Shown one piece after another: positions 20,337 through 29,679 of a stretch of DNA of 64,000 nucleotides. Position 1 is the stretch's first letter. Each line of letters begins with the position of its first letter. The notes under the pieces are model-generated. The model was not told the origin of the DNA and searched no databases. It was given only the letters and a program-made list of their open reading frames with translations. The translations under genes were made by a program, and so were the position numbers. Origin of the DNA: a virus (Duplodnaviria; Heunggongvirae; Uroviricota; Caudoviricetes); IMG/VR virus record IMGVR_UViG_3300035521_000566. One strand, written 5' to 3'.

Positions 20337-21095
20337 ATGATAAGAAAATTTAGAAAAGCAATTATGCTAATTGCTGTAACCATCATGGTCAGCGGTTCTC
20401 TCACTGGTTGTCTGGAATATGAATCTGAACAACTTTCAGAAGATACAACCACGGATAGAATTGCTGTCGACGAAGAAACAGGTAAGCTAGAAACTAAGCA
20501 AGAACTTGATGTAGAAGGTGAACCATTCAAGCTTGTATGCGAATACGATACAGGCAAGTATGACATCAATAACTGGCATGTCACAGACGACAAATCCGTA
20601 AATATGCGAGTAACTACAAAAGGTCTCCCCGAAGGATATGAAGTCTACATAGAACATATGCATGCTGATATTATACTGAAATCTACATCACTACAGATTA
20701 ACGGCATAACACAAGACTCTATGGATGATTATAGTCACGCCGAACCAAGCAACGGATTTTATATTGACGATGAAATACCGTATTATAACATATTCAGTAT
20801 CGACGGTTACACATCAGAGTTCTATCAGCTATGGGGCTACTGCTTTGGAAACTACGGTTCTATATCGAGCTCGTATCAAAGACTGACAGAAACAAATATC
20901 ATAAAAGTTGGAACCTACGCAGAAAAACTGCATATCGTATACGATTTAAGTATCAAACGACCTGATTCCGAACACTTTTACAATGTCTCTGTCGAAAGCG
21001 AAATCTTAATTCCAGTAAGTCAAGACCCTGGAACTGAAAAAGTGACTGTTTCACTGACAGAAAACGATATATCAGAGGACAATGCAAATGAATAA
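20337..21095 (+). CDS. Lipoprotein
   Basis: MIRKFRKAIMLIAVTIMVSGSLTGC: signal peptide with lipobox LTGC; RBS AAGGAG. Confidence 0.8.
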   Translation: MIRKFRKAIMLIAVTIMVSGSLTGCLEYESEQLSEDTTTDRIAVDEETGKLETKQELDVEGEPFKLVCEYDTGKYDINNWHVTDDKSVNMRVTTKGLPEGYEVYIEHMHADIILKSTSLQINGITQDSMDDYSHAEPSNGFYIDDEIPYYNIFSIDGYTSEFYQLWGYCFGNYGSISSSYQRLTETNIIKVGTYAEKLHIVYDLSIKRPDSEHFYNVSVESEILIPVSQDPGTEKVTVSLTENDISEDNANE

Positions 21096-21426
21096 AGTAA
21101 CACTTTATCGTGGTGTTAGGGCTTCGTCTCTGAAAGAAGCCGAACGATTTATCAAGTCCACCAAATCGTATGATGAAAAAGCATTCGGAGTTGGTATGTA
21201 CTTGAGCCGAGACATTGAAACAGCCAAACGCTATGGCAACTATGTATTTATGTTTCAGATAGATGAATCTGACATATACAAAGAACCAACGCCTTTTGTT
21301 ACAATGCTTCGTAAAACAATATATAAACAGTATGTTTCCACATTAGTTGCCAAACTAGAAGAAACAAACTATTATAGTTTCGATGGTCTTCGAAGCTGGC
21401 GAAAATACGAACAGAAAGGAATATGA
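21088..21426 (+). CDS. Small protein with ADP-ribosyltransferase-like motif pattern
   Basis: LYRG...FGVGMYLSRDIETAKRYG resembles the ART/PARP-like core. Confidence 0.5.
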   Translation: MNKVTLYRGVRASSLKEAERFIKSTKSYDEKAFGVGMYLSRDIETAKRYGNYVFMFQIDESDIYKEPTPFVTMLRKTIYKQYVSTLVAKLEETNYYSFDGLRSWRKYEQKGI

Positions 21427-21429
21427 TAC

Positions 21430-22521
21430 ATGAAAATTATCAATGCAAATGCACAGTTAATGGACATGGAACGGTTAGGCTTAACACCGTATCAGTTCAT
21501 GGAACGCATCGGACGAATCTGCTATAAATCCGAAGATAAGATTACATCAGAAAGTGCTGCTAAATTTATAAGTGCTCTTGCTAAAAATCAGCATACAGCA
21601 ATGTTTGAGCACGCACACTTATTTGTAATATTATCTACGGTTGAGAGTGTTGCTATCAAAGCAGCATTAAATCTCGAAGCCGAATCTGTAAAACAGGCTA
21701 ATGTTATGCCTATGCGTAGTTTCTTTAATATAACAGACACAAGCTTTGACTCAGACAATAACTCAGATTTTATCATATCAGGTAGCTTCAGAGTTTGGAG
21801 CCAGTTTATCCACTGGATTGCCAATTCCACAAAATTCAAGGCTTTGTGGGGCTTACAAAGAGCTCTGAATTCATTATACCCTGAGCTTTTCCCACCATGC
21901 GACAATCCTGACACTAATGATGAGTGTAATGGTTTTATAATATACGACAAAGCTGAAGATTTTAAGAACTATGTCAGAACACACAGACTCTGTCCTTATG
22001 TTAAAACAAACAAACTCTGTCATAAAGAAATAGACGCAATTCTGAGAAAGCACATTCCTCATACTGTAATCTTTACATGTGATAGAGGTGTTTCTCACGA
22101 GTTTGTAAGACACAGACCTGCCAGCTTTGCTCAGGAGTCAACCAGATACTGCAATTACGGAGCTGACAAATTTGGCAAAGAAATTACTGTTATTCATCCT
22201 TGTTTCTGGGGCAACAAAGAAGACATTGAAAAAGATGATAAAGCAACCATGCTGTACTTAATATGGAGACGCAGTTGTCAGAACGCCGAAGCTGCATACT
22301 TTGAACTCCTTGACAATGGAGCTACTCCGCAGCAAGCAAGAGATGTTCTGCCAAATTCGGTCAAGACAGAGATTGCCATTACAGCAACAGAAAACGAATG
22401 GTCTCATATCATCAATCTTAGAAAGATTGGTACTACTGGTGCTCCTCATCCTCAGATGAAAGAAGTAATGGATATTGCATATCCACAATTGATTGACATC
22501 TCCGAAGGCAGACTAAAATAA
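21430..22521 (+). CDS. thyX: FAD-dependent thymidylate synthase (long Clostridia-type form)
   Basis: RHRPASFAQESTRY signature, ARDVLP, HPQM. Confidence 0.95.
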   Translation: MKIINANAQLMDMERLGLTPYQFMERIGRICYKSEDKITSESAAKFISALAKNQHTAMFEHAHLFVILSTVESVAIKAALNLEAESVKQANVMPMRSFFNITDTSFDSDNNSDFIISGSFRVWSQFIHWIANSTKFKALWGLQRALNSLYPELFPPCDNPDTNDECNGFIIYDKAEDFKNYVRTHRLCPYVKTNKLCHKEIDAILRKHIPHTVIFTCDRGVSHEFVRHRPASFAQESTRYCNYGADKFGKEITVIHPCFWGNKEDIEKDDKATMLYLIWRRSCQNAEAAYFELLDNGATPQQARDVLPNSVKTEIAITATENEWSHIINLRKIGTTGAPHPQMKEVMDIAYPQLIDISEGRLK

Positions 22522-22577
22522 TATATGATGGAGCGAACCAGTTCTGGTTCGCTCTGTCAACGATTAGAGGTGAATTT

Positions 22578-22937
22578 ATGAATGCTGAAATGTTTCGTAT
22601 TCATGAGAGAACAATCAAATTAAAAGTACCATGCCAAAAATGCAACACTGCTGGCATTATCATTCAAAATTGTCACGCATGTAACGGCAAAGGCTGGCAC
22701 AATAAGACATTTCCTTACTGGTGTGTTGCAAAACAGACTGTCACTATCGAAAGAATTGACCGTGAAAAGTATGACGGACCGTATCGTTTCTGGACAGGTC
22801 CGAGCGAATACTTTCAAGAGAAATCCAATCTTGTTCACTTCTCTTCTGCTGATGCTCAGCACGAATGTGATAAACGCAACATCGACGTAAACAACCTTAT
22901 TAAACTCAGCTGTTCTGGCAACAGATACGCAAAATAA
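22578..22937 (+). CDS. Hypothetical protein with DnaJ-like CxxCxGxG zinc finger
   Basis: PCQKCNTAG and CHACNGKG. Confidence 0.7.
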   Translation: MNAEMFRIHERTIKLKVPCQKCNTAGIIIQNCHACNGKGWHNKTFPYWCVAKQTVTIERIDREKYDGPYRFWTGPSEYFQEKSNLVHFSSADAQHECDKRNIDVNNLIKLSCSGNRYAK

Positions 22938-22968
22938 AACACATAATTAAGGAGGAATATATATAATT

Positions 22969-23496
22969 ATGAACATTAAAATGAAAAGACTTACTGACAC
23001 TGCTATTCTGCCTACAAGAGGTTCGGACGGAGCTGCAGGCTTTGACCTTTATGCTGATTCCGTTCAGGGTGAGTACACAATCACAAACAATAAGACAGTA
23101 ATTGTTGCAGGCGGAAGTAATGTCATTGTTCACACAGGTATTGCAATGGAAATTCCAAAGGGCTATGTTGGGCTTCTGTTTGCACGCTCAGGGCTTTCTT
23201 GCAAGAAGGGATTACGCCCTGCTAACTGCGTAGGAGTTATTGACGAAGATTTCAGAGGCGAAATCATTGTAAACTTTCATAATGACATTAACTTTTCTAC
23301 ATGGTACAATGCTCAGAATAGTGACGATACCGTAAAAGCAAATGATTTTGTTGAATCATTCACAGAATTTGACTTGCACGACAGAGTTGCTCAGATGGTA
23401 TTTGTAAAATACGAAGCATTTAACCCAGTAGAAGTCGATTCACTTGAAGACACAGCTCGTGGCAAAGGCGGATTTGGCTCAACAGGCAGCAAGTAA
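22969..23496 (+). CDS. dut: Trimeric dUTPase
   Basis: AAGFDL, ARSGLS, GVIDEDFRGE, RVAQMV, RGKGGFGSTG. Confidence 0.97.
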   Translation: MNIKMKRLTDTAILPTRGSDGAAGFDLYADSVQGEYTITNNKTVIVAGGSNVIVHTGIAMEIPKGYVGLLFARSGLSCKKGLRPANCVGVIDEDFRGEIIVNFHNDINFSTWYNAQNSDDTVKANDFVESFTEFDLHDRVAQMVFVKYEAFNPVEVDSLEDTARGKGGFGSTGSK

Positions 23497-23504
23497 ATGA
23501 AATC

Positions 23505-23526
23505 GGGAGTCTTAGGACTCCCTTTT
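23505..23526 (+). terminator. Rho-independent terminator
   Basis: GGGAGTC-ttag-GACTCCC-TTTT. Confidence 0.8.
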
Positions 23527-23552
23527 ACTAATATAACTAAGGAGATGATATT

Positions 23553-24305
23553 ATTTTAAAGGCTAAAACAATAGTCACAGTATGTTTATGTCTATGTGGA
23601 ACACTATCCCATAATACAGAAATCTATGCTCAGAACACTGAGCCAAATATCAGCATAGAACAAGCACCAGTGCTTATATATGATGATATAATTAGTGATA
23701 GGTATGCAACTGAAGTTGACACTGAAAATATTAAAGACGAATATTCGTACAAAGTCTTAAACGAAGTAGATATTCCGTCTTACTCAGGTTTCAAAAGCTA
23801 CATGGGATACAAATCATTCAACACATCCAGCAATCAGTATAGATTACAGCAGGAAGCGACAACTGACACAGAAACAGGATTAAGAATGATTAACGACAGA
23901 TATATTGTTGCTGTTGGCTCTGGAGTAGGTACATATATTGGTCAATACTTTGACCTTGTATTGGAGAACGGCACTGTAATACCGTGTGTCATGGGTGACC
24001 AGAAAGCAGACTGCCATACAGATGGCTCGAACTTGATTACAGTACATAGTAATTGCTGCAGTGAATTTATTGTAGATACATCTATGCTAAATGAAACAGC
24101 AAAGCAGATGGGCGACATTTCTTATATTTATAATGAATGGCAATCTCCTGTAGACACAATCATTGTTTATGATATGGACTACGAAACAGATGCAGAAATG
24201 AAAGAAAATGAAGAACTGAATGAAGAAGAGGACGACAACAATAACGGCAGCCAATCAGCTGTCTATTACGTCCATAGCACTACAAATAACATCAATACAA
24301 TATAA
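23553..24305 (+). CDS. Secreted protein, possible cell-wall hydrolase (3D/RlpA-like); probable ATT start
   Basis: Frame is open from the AAGGAG RBS (23539) and encodes a signal-peptide-like LKAKTIVTVCLCLCGTLSHNTEIYAQ before the track's GTG start at 23670; FKSYMGY...YIVAVGS...MGDQKAD core. Confidence 0.55.
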   Translation: MLKAKTIVTVCLCLCGTLSHNTEIYAQNTEPNISIEQAPVLIYDDIISDRYATEVDTENIKDEYSYKVLNEVDIPSYSGFKSYMGYKSFNTSSNQYRLQQEATTDTETGLRMINDRYIVAVGSGVGTYIGQYFDLVLENGTVIPCVMGDQKADCHTDGSNLITVHSNCCSEFIVDTSMLNETAKQMGDISYIYNEWQSPVDTIIVYDMDYETDAEMKENEELNEEEDDNNNGSQSAVYYVHSTTNNINTI

Positions 24306-24316
24306 GGAGAAGGTTT

Positions 24317-24757
24317 ATGAAAATACTAATTGATGGGGACGCATGTAGTGTCATTAAAAAGACAGAAAGTATTGCAAAATCTAATAATATTGAGGTGCAC
24401 ATATTCTGCGATACATCAAGAATAATCAATTCTGAATACTCTGATGTACATATTGTTGACCGTGGTCACGACGCTGCCGACTTTGCTATTGTCAATCACT
24501 GTAATCCTGACGACATTGTTATTACAAGTGATAGTGGTCTGGCAGCAATGGTACTTGCCAAGTGTGCCTTTGTATTAAACAGCAGAGGCGTTAGGTATAC
24601 GAACAGCAATATTATGACTGAACTAACAAGACGACACTTAAGAAGTGCAGAACATCGCAGAACAAATCGTAATCAGTGCAAAGGCTTAACATACGAGAAC
24701 ATTCAGCATAATGACTTCGGTAAAGCCTTGCAAAAACTCATTGATGAAATACAATGA
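24317..24757 (+). CDS. YaiI/YqxD (UPF0178, PIN-like) family protein
   Basis: ILIDGDACSV, DAADFAIVN, DIVITSDSGLAAMVLAK. Confidence 0.88.
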   Translation: MKILIDGDACSVIKKTESIAKSNNIEVHIFCDTSRIINSEYSDVHIVDRGHDAADFAIVNHCNPDDIVITSDSGLAAMVLAKCAFVLNSRGVRYTNSNIMTELTRRHLRSAEHRRTNRNQCKGLTYENIQHNDFGKALQKLIDEIQ

Positions 24758-24760
24758 AAA

Positions 24761-24810
24761 AAAATAAAGTCGTGAACGCATCACCCAAATACGCTCACAA
24801 CTTTATTTTA
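24761..24810. terminator. Hairpin/terminator after the YaiI-like gene
   Basis: AAAATAAAGT...ACTTTATTTT closing a GTGA/TCAC stem. Confidence 0.55.
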
Positions 24811-24962
24811 CTTCTGCCTACGAAAGGAACTTATAAACAACACCTTGAAGTTACTTTACTTACCATTTGACACACATATAATACCTCATTTTTCAACAAA
24901 TGTCAATATTTTAGGTATTAAAACTTCATTTTTCTTATGATTAAAAACTATTTATTAAAGAG

Positions 24963-25478
24963 GTGAAAATTATGACAAGTGAAAAGATAGACGAATTAGC
25001 TGAAGCTGCTTTCGATAAGACAAAAAACGAAATTGCAGTATGCTATGTTGGTGATAACGACGATTATTTTTATCTTGAAGATGTGTTCAAGCCATTGCTA
25101 CAAAGCACAGCTCGCTTTGTTGAGTCATACACATATGACCTTATAATAACATGGCAATCCATCGTAAAGGCAATCGAACAATTTCACAAAAGTAAAAGCA
25201 AAACTTGTGAGCGTGAAATTTTTCTTCTTGGAATGTATAAAAACGGTTGTCACTCAACTGGCTTTATAATGTCCAACTTAGAAGAACATGACCACAACAT
25301 CTACTCTTTTGCCGATAGCTACTATCGTCGCATTTATGCTGTTGAAGTAAGACGTGACAAAAATACACGCTACGGTGATGAGCCAGATAATTATATCACC
25401 AGTGTTACGTTAAAAGATGTTCAATCGAGCATTGCTTCTGTCGTAAAGACTTATATACAGGAGACACGAGGTTGGTAA
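24963..25478 (+). CDS. Hypothetical protein
   Basis: 171-aa ORF. Confidence 0.7.
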   Translation: MKIMTSEKIDELAEAAFDKTKNEIAVCYVGDNDDYFYLEDVFKPLLQSTARFVESYTYDLIITWQSIVKAIEQFHKSKSKTCEREIFLLGMYKNGCHSTGFIMSNLEEHDHNIYSFADSYYRRIYAVEVRRDKNTRYGDEPDNYITSVTLKDVQSSIASVVKTYIQETRGW

Positions 25479-25951
25479 TGTCTGCTGAAAAGCAAAGACA
25501 GCATTTATACCGTGAATACGTTGACGAGCTTGAGAATATGCGTGGTCTCCCCGCCAGCGAACGGACAACATCTTCAGAGATAAAGGAATGGTGTAAAGAT
25601 TACTATGAAAATCCGCATTATACCTGGATTGACATCTATCACGAAAATCAAATTGTGGGTTTCTTGATTATTGCTGATAAAGAAAACTGTCATCCCGATT
25701 GCGACTATTTCATAGTACAATCTTATGTGGAACCAAAATTCAGAAAGAAACACTTAATGACGAATGCTGTACATTCGTTTGTGTCAACTCATAAGGCAAA
25801 CTACTGTCTCGTTATTGTTAATAACAATAAATTCGCCTATGACTTTTGGTTTCACTTATTTAGGGATTTATGCTATAAGCCAAAAGTCTTGTGTGAAACA
25901 CCGAATACATTCGATGAAGATGTGACTATTTATGGTTTTGAGCCTATTTAA
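25472..25951 (+). CDS. GNAT-family acetyltransferase
   Basis: IVGFLII, YVEPKFRKKHL acetyl-CoA-binding-like motif, NKFAYDFW. Confidence 0.75.
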   Translation: MVMSAEKQRQHLYREYVDELENMRGLPASERTTSSEIKEWCKDYYENPHYTWIDIYHENQIVGFLIIADKENCHPDCDYFIVQSYVEPKFRKKHLMTNAVHSFVSTHKANYCLVIVNNNKFAYDFWFHLFRDLCYKPKVLCETPNTFDEDVTIYGFEPI

Positions 25952-26085
25952 TTTTGGGCTGGAAAGAAAGAGAAAAAGTGCTCAATAACTAACTTGTATA
26001 ACACTTACACACTGTCTGGAACAAAGGTGCCTTGCACCATAATTCCCATCGTGTGATATTGAATATCATTGGAAAGGAGAAACTT

Positions 26086-27522
26086 ATGGATACAGAAGAA
26101 TTTCATATTCCATTGTTGCCACATCAAGAACAGGGAAAACAATTCATTCTTACTCATCCTTTTTGCGGTTTGTTTTTGGACATGGGTTTAGGAAAAACAC
26201 TCACAACGCTTGCAGCATTGTATGATATTAACCCTACAGGACATGTACTTGTAATTGCACCTAAAAACATTGCAAGGTCAACATGGATTGATGAAATTGA
26301 GAAATGGAAAATTCCAATCCGTTGGAAATCATTCATTGTAAATGAAAAAGGCAAAGATTTACCGAAAGCTAAACGCTTAGAACTGTATGATTCTATAGCT
26401 AATTCGCCGCCTACCGTATGGTTCATCAATCGAGAACTTTTATGTGACCTGATTGACCACATGCCGAAAGTGAAAAATGAAAGTGGCAAATCTGTACCAC
26501 TCTGGCGATTTCCGTATGTTGTAATTGATGAATTTCAATCGTTCAAATCATACGATAGCAAGAGATTTAAGGCTTTGAAGTCTGTAAGACCTCAGATACA
26601 GCGTTTAATCGGTCTGACAGGTACACCTGCTCCGAACGGAATCGAAGATTTATGGTCAGAAATTTATCTGCTTGATATGGGGCAAAGACTTGGACCAAAT
26701 ATTACATCCTTTAGGAATGAATATATGTATTCTACCTTTGTTGTAAACGGACATGCTGTTGGCTGGCAGCCAAAAGCTGGTGCTGAAGAGATTGTTTACA
26801 ATAAAATTAAAGATGTTGCTATGTCTTTGCAGAATACAACAATGCAAATTCCTGATATGACATTCAACTACGTTAATGTCTATATGAACGATAAAGAGCG
26901 TAAAACATATCAGAAACTTGCTAAGACTTCTGTTCTTAATGTTAATGGTGAAGATGTAATGGCTTCTAATGCTGCCGTGCTTGTTGGAAAACTGTCGCAA
27001 ATGGCATCAGGAGCTCTTTACACAGATGATAAGCACAATTACGTAAGAATCCACGAACATAAGCTGGAACATTGCGAGTATATCATCAATAATACAAGCG
27101 ATAATGTTCTGATTGCATACCATTTTCAATCAGACAAAGAAATGCTAATGGAGTATTTCAGTCGAAAAAGTGTAGGCATTCAAGCTGAAGTTTTTGACGG
27201 TACAAAAGACATGATTGACCGTTGGAATAATCGCCAGATTCCTGTTATGTTGGTACAACCTGCCAGTGCAGGACACGGACTAAATATCCAATTCGGTGGT
27301 CATACGCTAATTTGGTACACACTTCCGTGGTCATTGGAAGAATATTTGCAGTGTAATGCAAGACTACACAGGCAAGGACAGAAAGACCCTGTCATTATTC
27401 ATCATCTTGTATGCAGTGGAACTGTTGACGAGCATATTTTAAAAGCGTTGGAGCATAAAGATGTGTCTCAGCAAGCTTTGATAAGTGCAGTCGATATGAC
27501 AGTTCGAGATTTAGACACATAA
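26086..27522 (+). CDS. SNF2-family (SF2) helicase, phage/MGE type
   Basis: LFLDMGLGKT, VIDEFQS, LTGTP, GHGLNIQ, QCNARLHRQGQ; start moved to ATG 26086 behind AAGGAG. Confidence 0.92.
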   Translation: MDTEEFHIPLLPHQEQGKQFILTHPFCGLFLDMGLGKTLTTLAALYDINPTGHVLVIAPKNIARSTWIDEIEKWKIPIRWKSFIVNEKGKDLPKAKRLELYDSIANSPPTVWFINRELLCDLIDHMPKVKNESGKSVPLWRFPYVVIDEFQSFKSYDSKRFKALKSVRPQIQRLIGLTGTPAPNGIEDLWSEIYLLDMGQRLGPNITSFRNEYMYSTFVVNGHAVGWQPKAGAEEIVYNKIKDVAMSLQNTTMQIPDMTFNYVNVYMNDKERKTYQKLAKTSVLNVNGEDVMASNAAVLVGKLSQMASGALYTDDKHNYVRIHEHKLEHCEYIINNTSDNVLIAYHFQSDKEMLMEYFSRKSVGIQAEVFDGTKDMIDRWNNRQIPVMLVQPASAGHGLNIQFGGHTLIWYTLPWSLEEYLQCNARLHRQGQKDPVIIHHLVCSGTVDEHILKALEHKDVSQQALISAVDMTVRDLDT

Positions 27523-27560
27523 AAAAAAGAGCTACTACTCATTCTGGGTAGTAGCTTTTA
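27521..27560. terminator. Bidirectional terminator between convergent genes
   Basis: A-tract-GAGCTACTAC...GTAGTAGCT-T-tract. Confidence 0.8.
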
Positions 27561-27566
27561 TAAAGC

Positions 27567-28256
27567 TTACTCTTCTGATTCTGTAGTCTCTGTTGTCTCA
27601 ACAGTATCAGATTCTATATGGTCCCAATTTGGGACACGCATGGTTGAATTTGAATAAATCATATTCACATTATCCACATGGTTGAACTCTGCTATCTCGT
27701 CAACCGAGAAACCAAATAATCTTGAGATATAACAAAGTGTATCGCCTGGCTGGATTAGATATGCCATTGTGCCGTCTTCCTGCTTTGTAAGTACATCACT
27801 CAAGTATATCTCCTGTCCGTCAACCATGACTGGAACTTCTTCCTCAGGATTCGTAACATCAACTGTAACATCGTCATTCTCGTTAACAGATATGTTTACG
27901 TTCACCGAGTCGTCAGTATATAAATCCTGAGAATCAACTGTTTCGCCATTATGCGTAATAGTAACATTTGTGGAATCGTCTGAGCCTACATTTACATTGA
28001 TTGTAGTGCCATCAGTTTGTATGGACTGCGTTTCACTACTTGATGATGATGTATTTGCACTCAAGTATCTGGCTGATAAGTGCCGATTATAATTAGTTGT
28101 ATAAGCACTCATATTCTTTGCCACTTCGGAGACATATACATCATTCATACTGTTTATCTTTGACGATGAAATACCCAATACACCTGCTATCGTGGCAACG
28201 GTAAGTAGGCTTCCAACGACGATAATACCTAAATCAATTTTATGCATAATCGTCAT
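27567..28256 (-). CDS. Membrane-anchored LysM-domain protein
   Basis: N-terminal TM helix; YLIQPGDTLCYISRLFGFSVDEIAEFNHVDNVNMIYSNSTMRVP is LysM-like. Confidence 0.85.
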   Translation of the reverse strand: MTIMHKIDLGIIVVGSLLTVATIAGVLGISSSKINSMNDVYVSEVAKNMSAYTTNYNRHLSARYLSANTSSSSSETQSIQTDGTTINVNVGSDDSTNVTITHNGETVDSQDLYTDDSVNVNISVNENDDVTVDVTNPEEEVPVMVDGQEIYLSDVLTKQEDGTMAYLIQPGDTLCYISRLFGFSVDEIAEFNHVDNVNMIYSNSTMRVPNWDHIESDTVETTETTESEE

Positions 28257-28452
28257 TCCTTTCGTAATAAATTTAGATTATTTTGCCAAATCACTTGATA
28301 AATCAATGGATTTGTGCTAAAATAAATATATCACAAAGGCTTCGAAAAAGCAAGTCTTTTATGGTTAAAATCAATCTTGAAAGAAGGTGAGTCCAATGGG
28401 CTGATTAACTTCCACTCCAGTTATTAAATATTGAATATGACGAGTGGACATA

Positions 28453-28550
28453 TTCGCAACCAAATTTCGCAACAACATTAACTACACACGATATAAATAT
28501 TTTGCAAAATACTTATTGGCGTTAAGTGCGAATCTTTATAAAGTGCGAAT
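28453..28550. repeat. Operator/iteron-like repeat cluster in the divergent promoter region
   Basis: TTCGCAAC x2 (28453, 28466), 14-bp palindrome TATTTTGCAAAATA (28498-28511), AAGTGCGAAT x2 (28524, 28541). Confidence 0.5.
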
Positions 28551-28575
28551 AAATTATTTCAAGGAGATTTTAATT

Positions 28576-29424
28576 ATGGCAAATCATTCAATTTCAAACA
28601 ATCAGTTAAGACCAGACGCAACTATCTGGGTAAGAGGTCATTTGACTTATTCAAGAGTAACAAAGCAGATTGCAGGTGCAGAGCTTCAGGCAGATATTCA
28701 GCGTAAGAGACAGAACAATCGTATTCCGATTGAGAAGCCTTATACTACTGCTACTATCTGCGACGCACAGGTTCTTTTCCAGAACCCACAGGCACCTACC
28801 ATTGAGGAGAAGTTTATCGAGGAGCGTCTGTACACAAGTACAAAGAACCCTGGATATAACTATACTGCTGTTAACAAGGGTAACAAGCTTCCTTATATCG
28901 GTTATCTTGAGGGCAACCAATTCAGACAGATTGCACCAGAAGGAGAACTTGATAACGGACTTGATGTAACTCTTATTATCAGAGTATTTAAGGGTAATCC
29001 TCAGAATGGTACGACTCTTGACGCTATCATCCTTAACGAGCCAGTTAGATACTACAGCTCATCAGGACTTGGTCTTGCAGAAAGAGGCATCGTATTAGTA
29101 AGCGTTCCTGGATATGATAATTCAGCAGCAGCTCACGCAGGTGACAACACTGTTGCTGCTCCTGAGGCAGATACTTTGGGTACACCAGCTCAGACACCAA
29201 TCGCTCAGACTCCAGTGAACTCTAACCCATACTCTTCTGCTCCACAGGCAAGTGCTCCTGTCGGTAGTTACAATCCTGCAGCAGCTCAGGCTCCACAGCC
29301 AGTAGCTCAGCCACAGGCAAATATGTACAATCCAGCTCAGGCGACACCAGCTCCGACACCAACTAATATTCCAGCAGGACAGTCAGGCGGTATCAGATAC
29401 AATCCAGCTGACAGACAGTATTAG
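28576..29424 (+). CDS. Putative single-stranded DNA-binding protein (OB-like N terminus, Pro/Gln/Ala-rich tail)
   Basis: Beta-rich N-terminal domain plus long disordered PAQ tail, next to primase-like and helicase genes; start ATG 28576 behind AAGGAG. Confidence 0.5.
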   Translation: MANHSISNNQLRPDATIWVRGHLTYSRVTKQIAGAELQADIQRKRQNNRIPIEKPYTTATICDAQVLFQNPQAPTIEEKFIEERLYTSTKNPGYNYTAVNKGNKLPYIGYLEGNQFRQIAPEGELDNGLDVTLIIRVFKGNPQNGTTLDAIILNEPVRYYSSSGLGLAERGIVLVSVPGYDNSAAAHAGDNTVAAPEADTLGTPAQTPIAQTPVNSNPYSSAPQASAPVGSYNPAAAQAPQPVAQPQANMYNPAQATPAPTPTNIPAGQSGGIRYNPADRQY

Positions 29425-29515
29425 AATTAAGGAGTAGCTCAGTAACTGAATAAACAAGAATAGCCTACAGCTTAAATCTTTTGAGTTGTAGGCTGTTTTA
29501 TGCTATGATATGTGA

Positions 29516-29640
29516 GACGCCATAATCACAAATAACAATCTCCAAATCAAGAACGCAAAAATGACACTGTCACTAAACTTCCTCCAGTGATATGCGTTCA
29601 TTAGGGGCTGTGGTTACGCCAAACTACAGCCCCACTTTTT
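29516..29640 (+). ncRNA. Candidate ~125-nt small RNA with an anti-Shine-Dalgarno loop
   Basis: Promoter TTGAGT-17-TATGAT with TGn (29481-29509); stem GAACGCA/TGCGTTC plus TGTCACT/AGTGATA with loop AAACTTCCTCC; terminator GGGGCTGTGG/CTACAGCCCC followed by a T tract. Confidence 0.55.
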
Positions 29641-29679
29641 TACTAGAACTTAATAAGAAACCAGAAAGGAGTTGAAAGT

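Noticed and set aside
14368-22521. Self-splicing introns or inteins in nrdD or thyX
   Set aside because: Both ORFs are continuous and of normal length for their families.
9108-23496. Uracil-substituted genome, as in PBS1-like phages
   Set aside because: The element encodes intact Ung, dUTPase and ThyX, which work against uracil in DNA.
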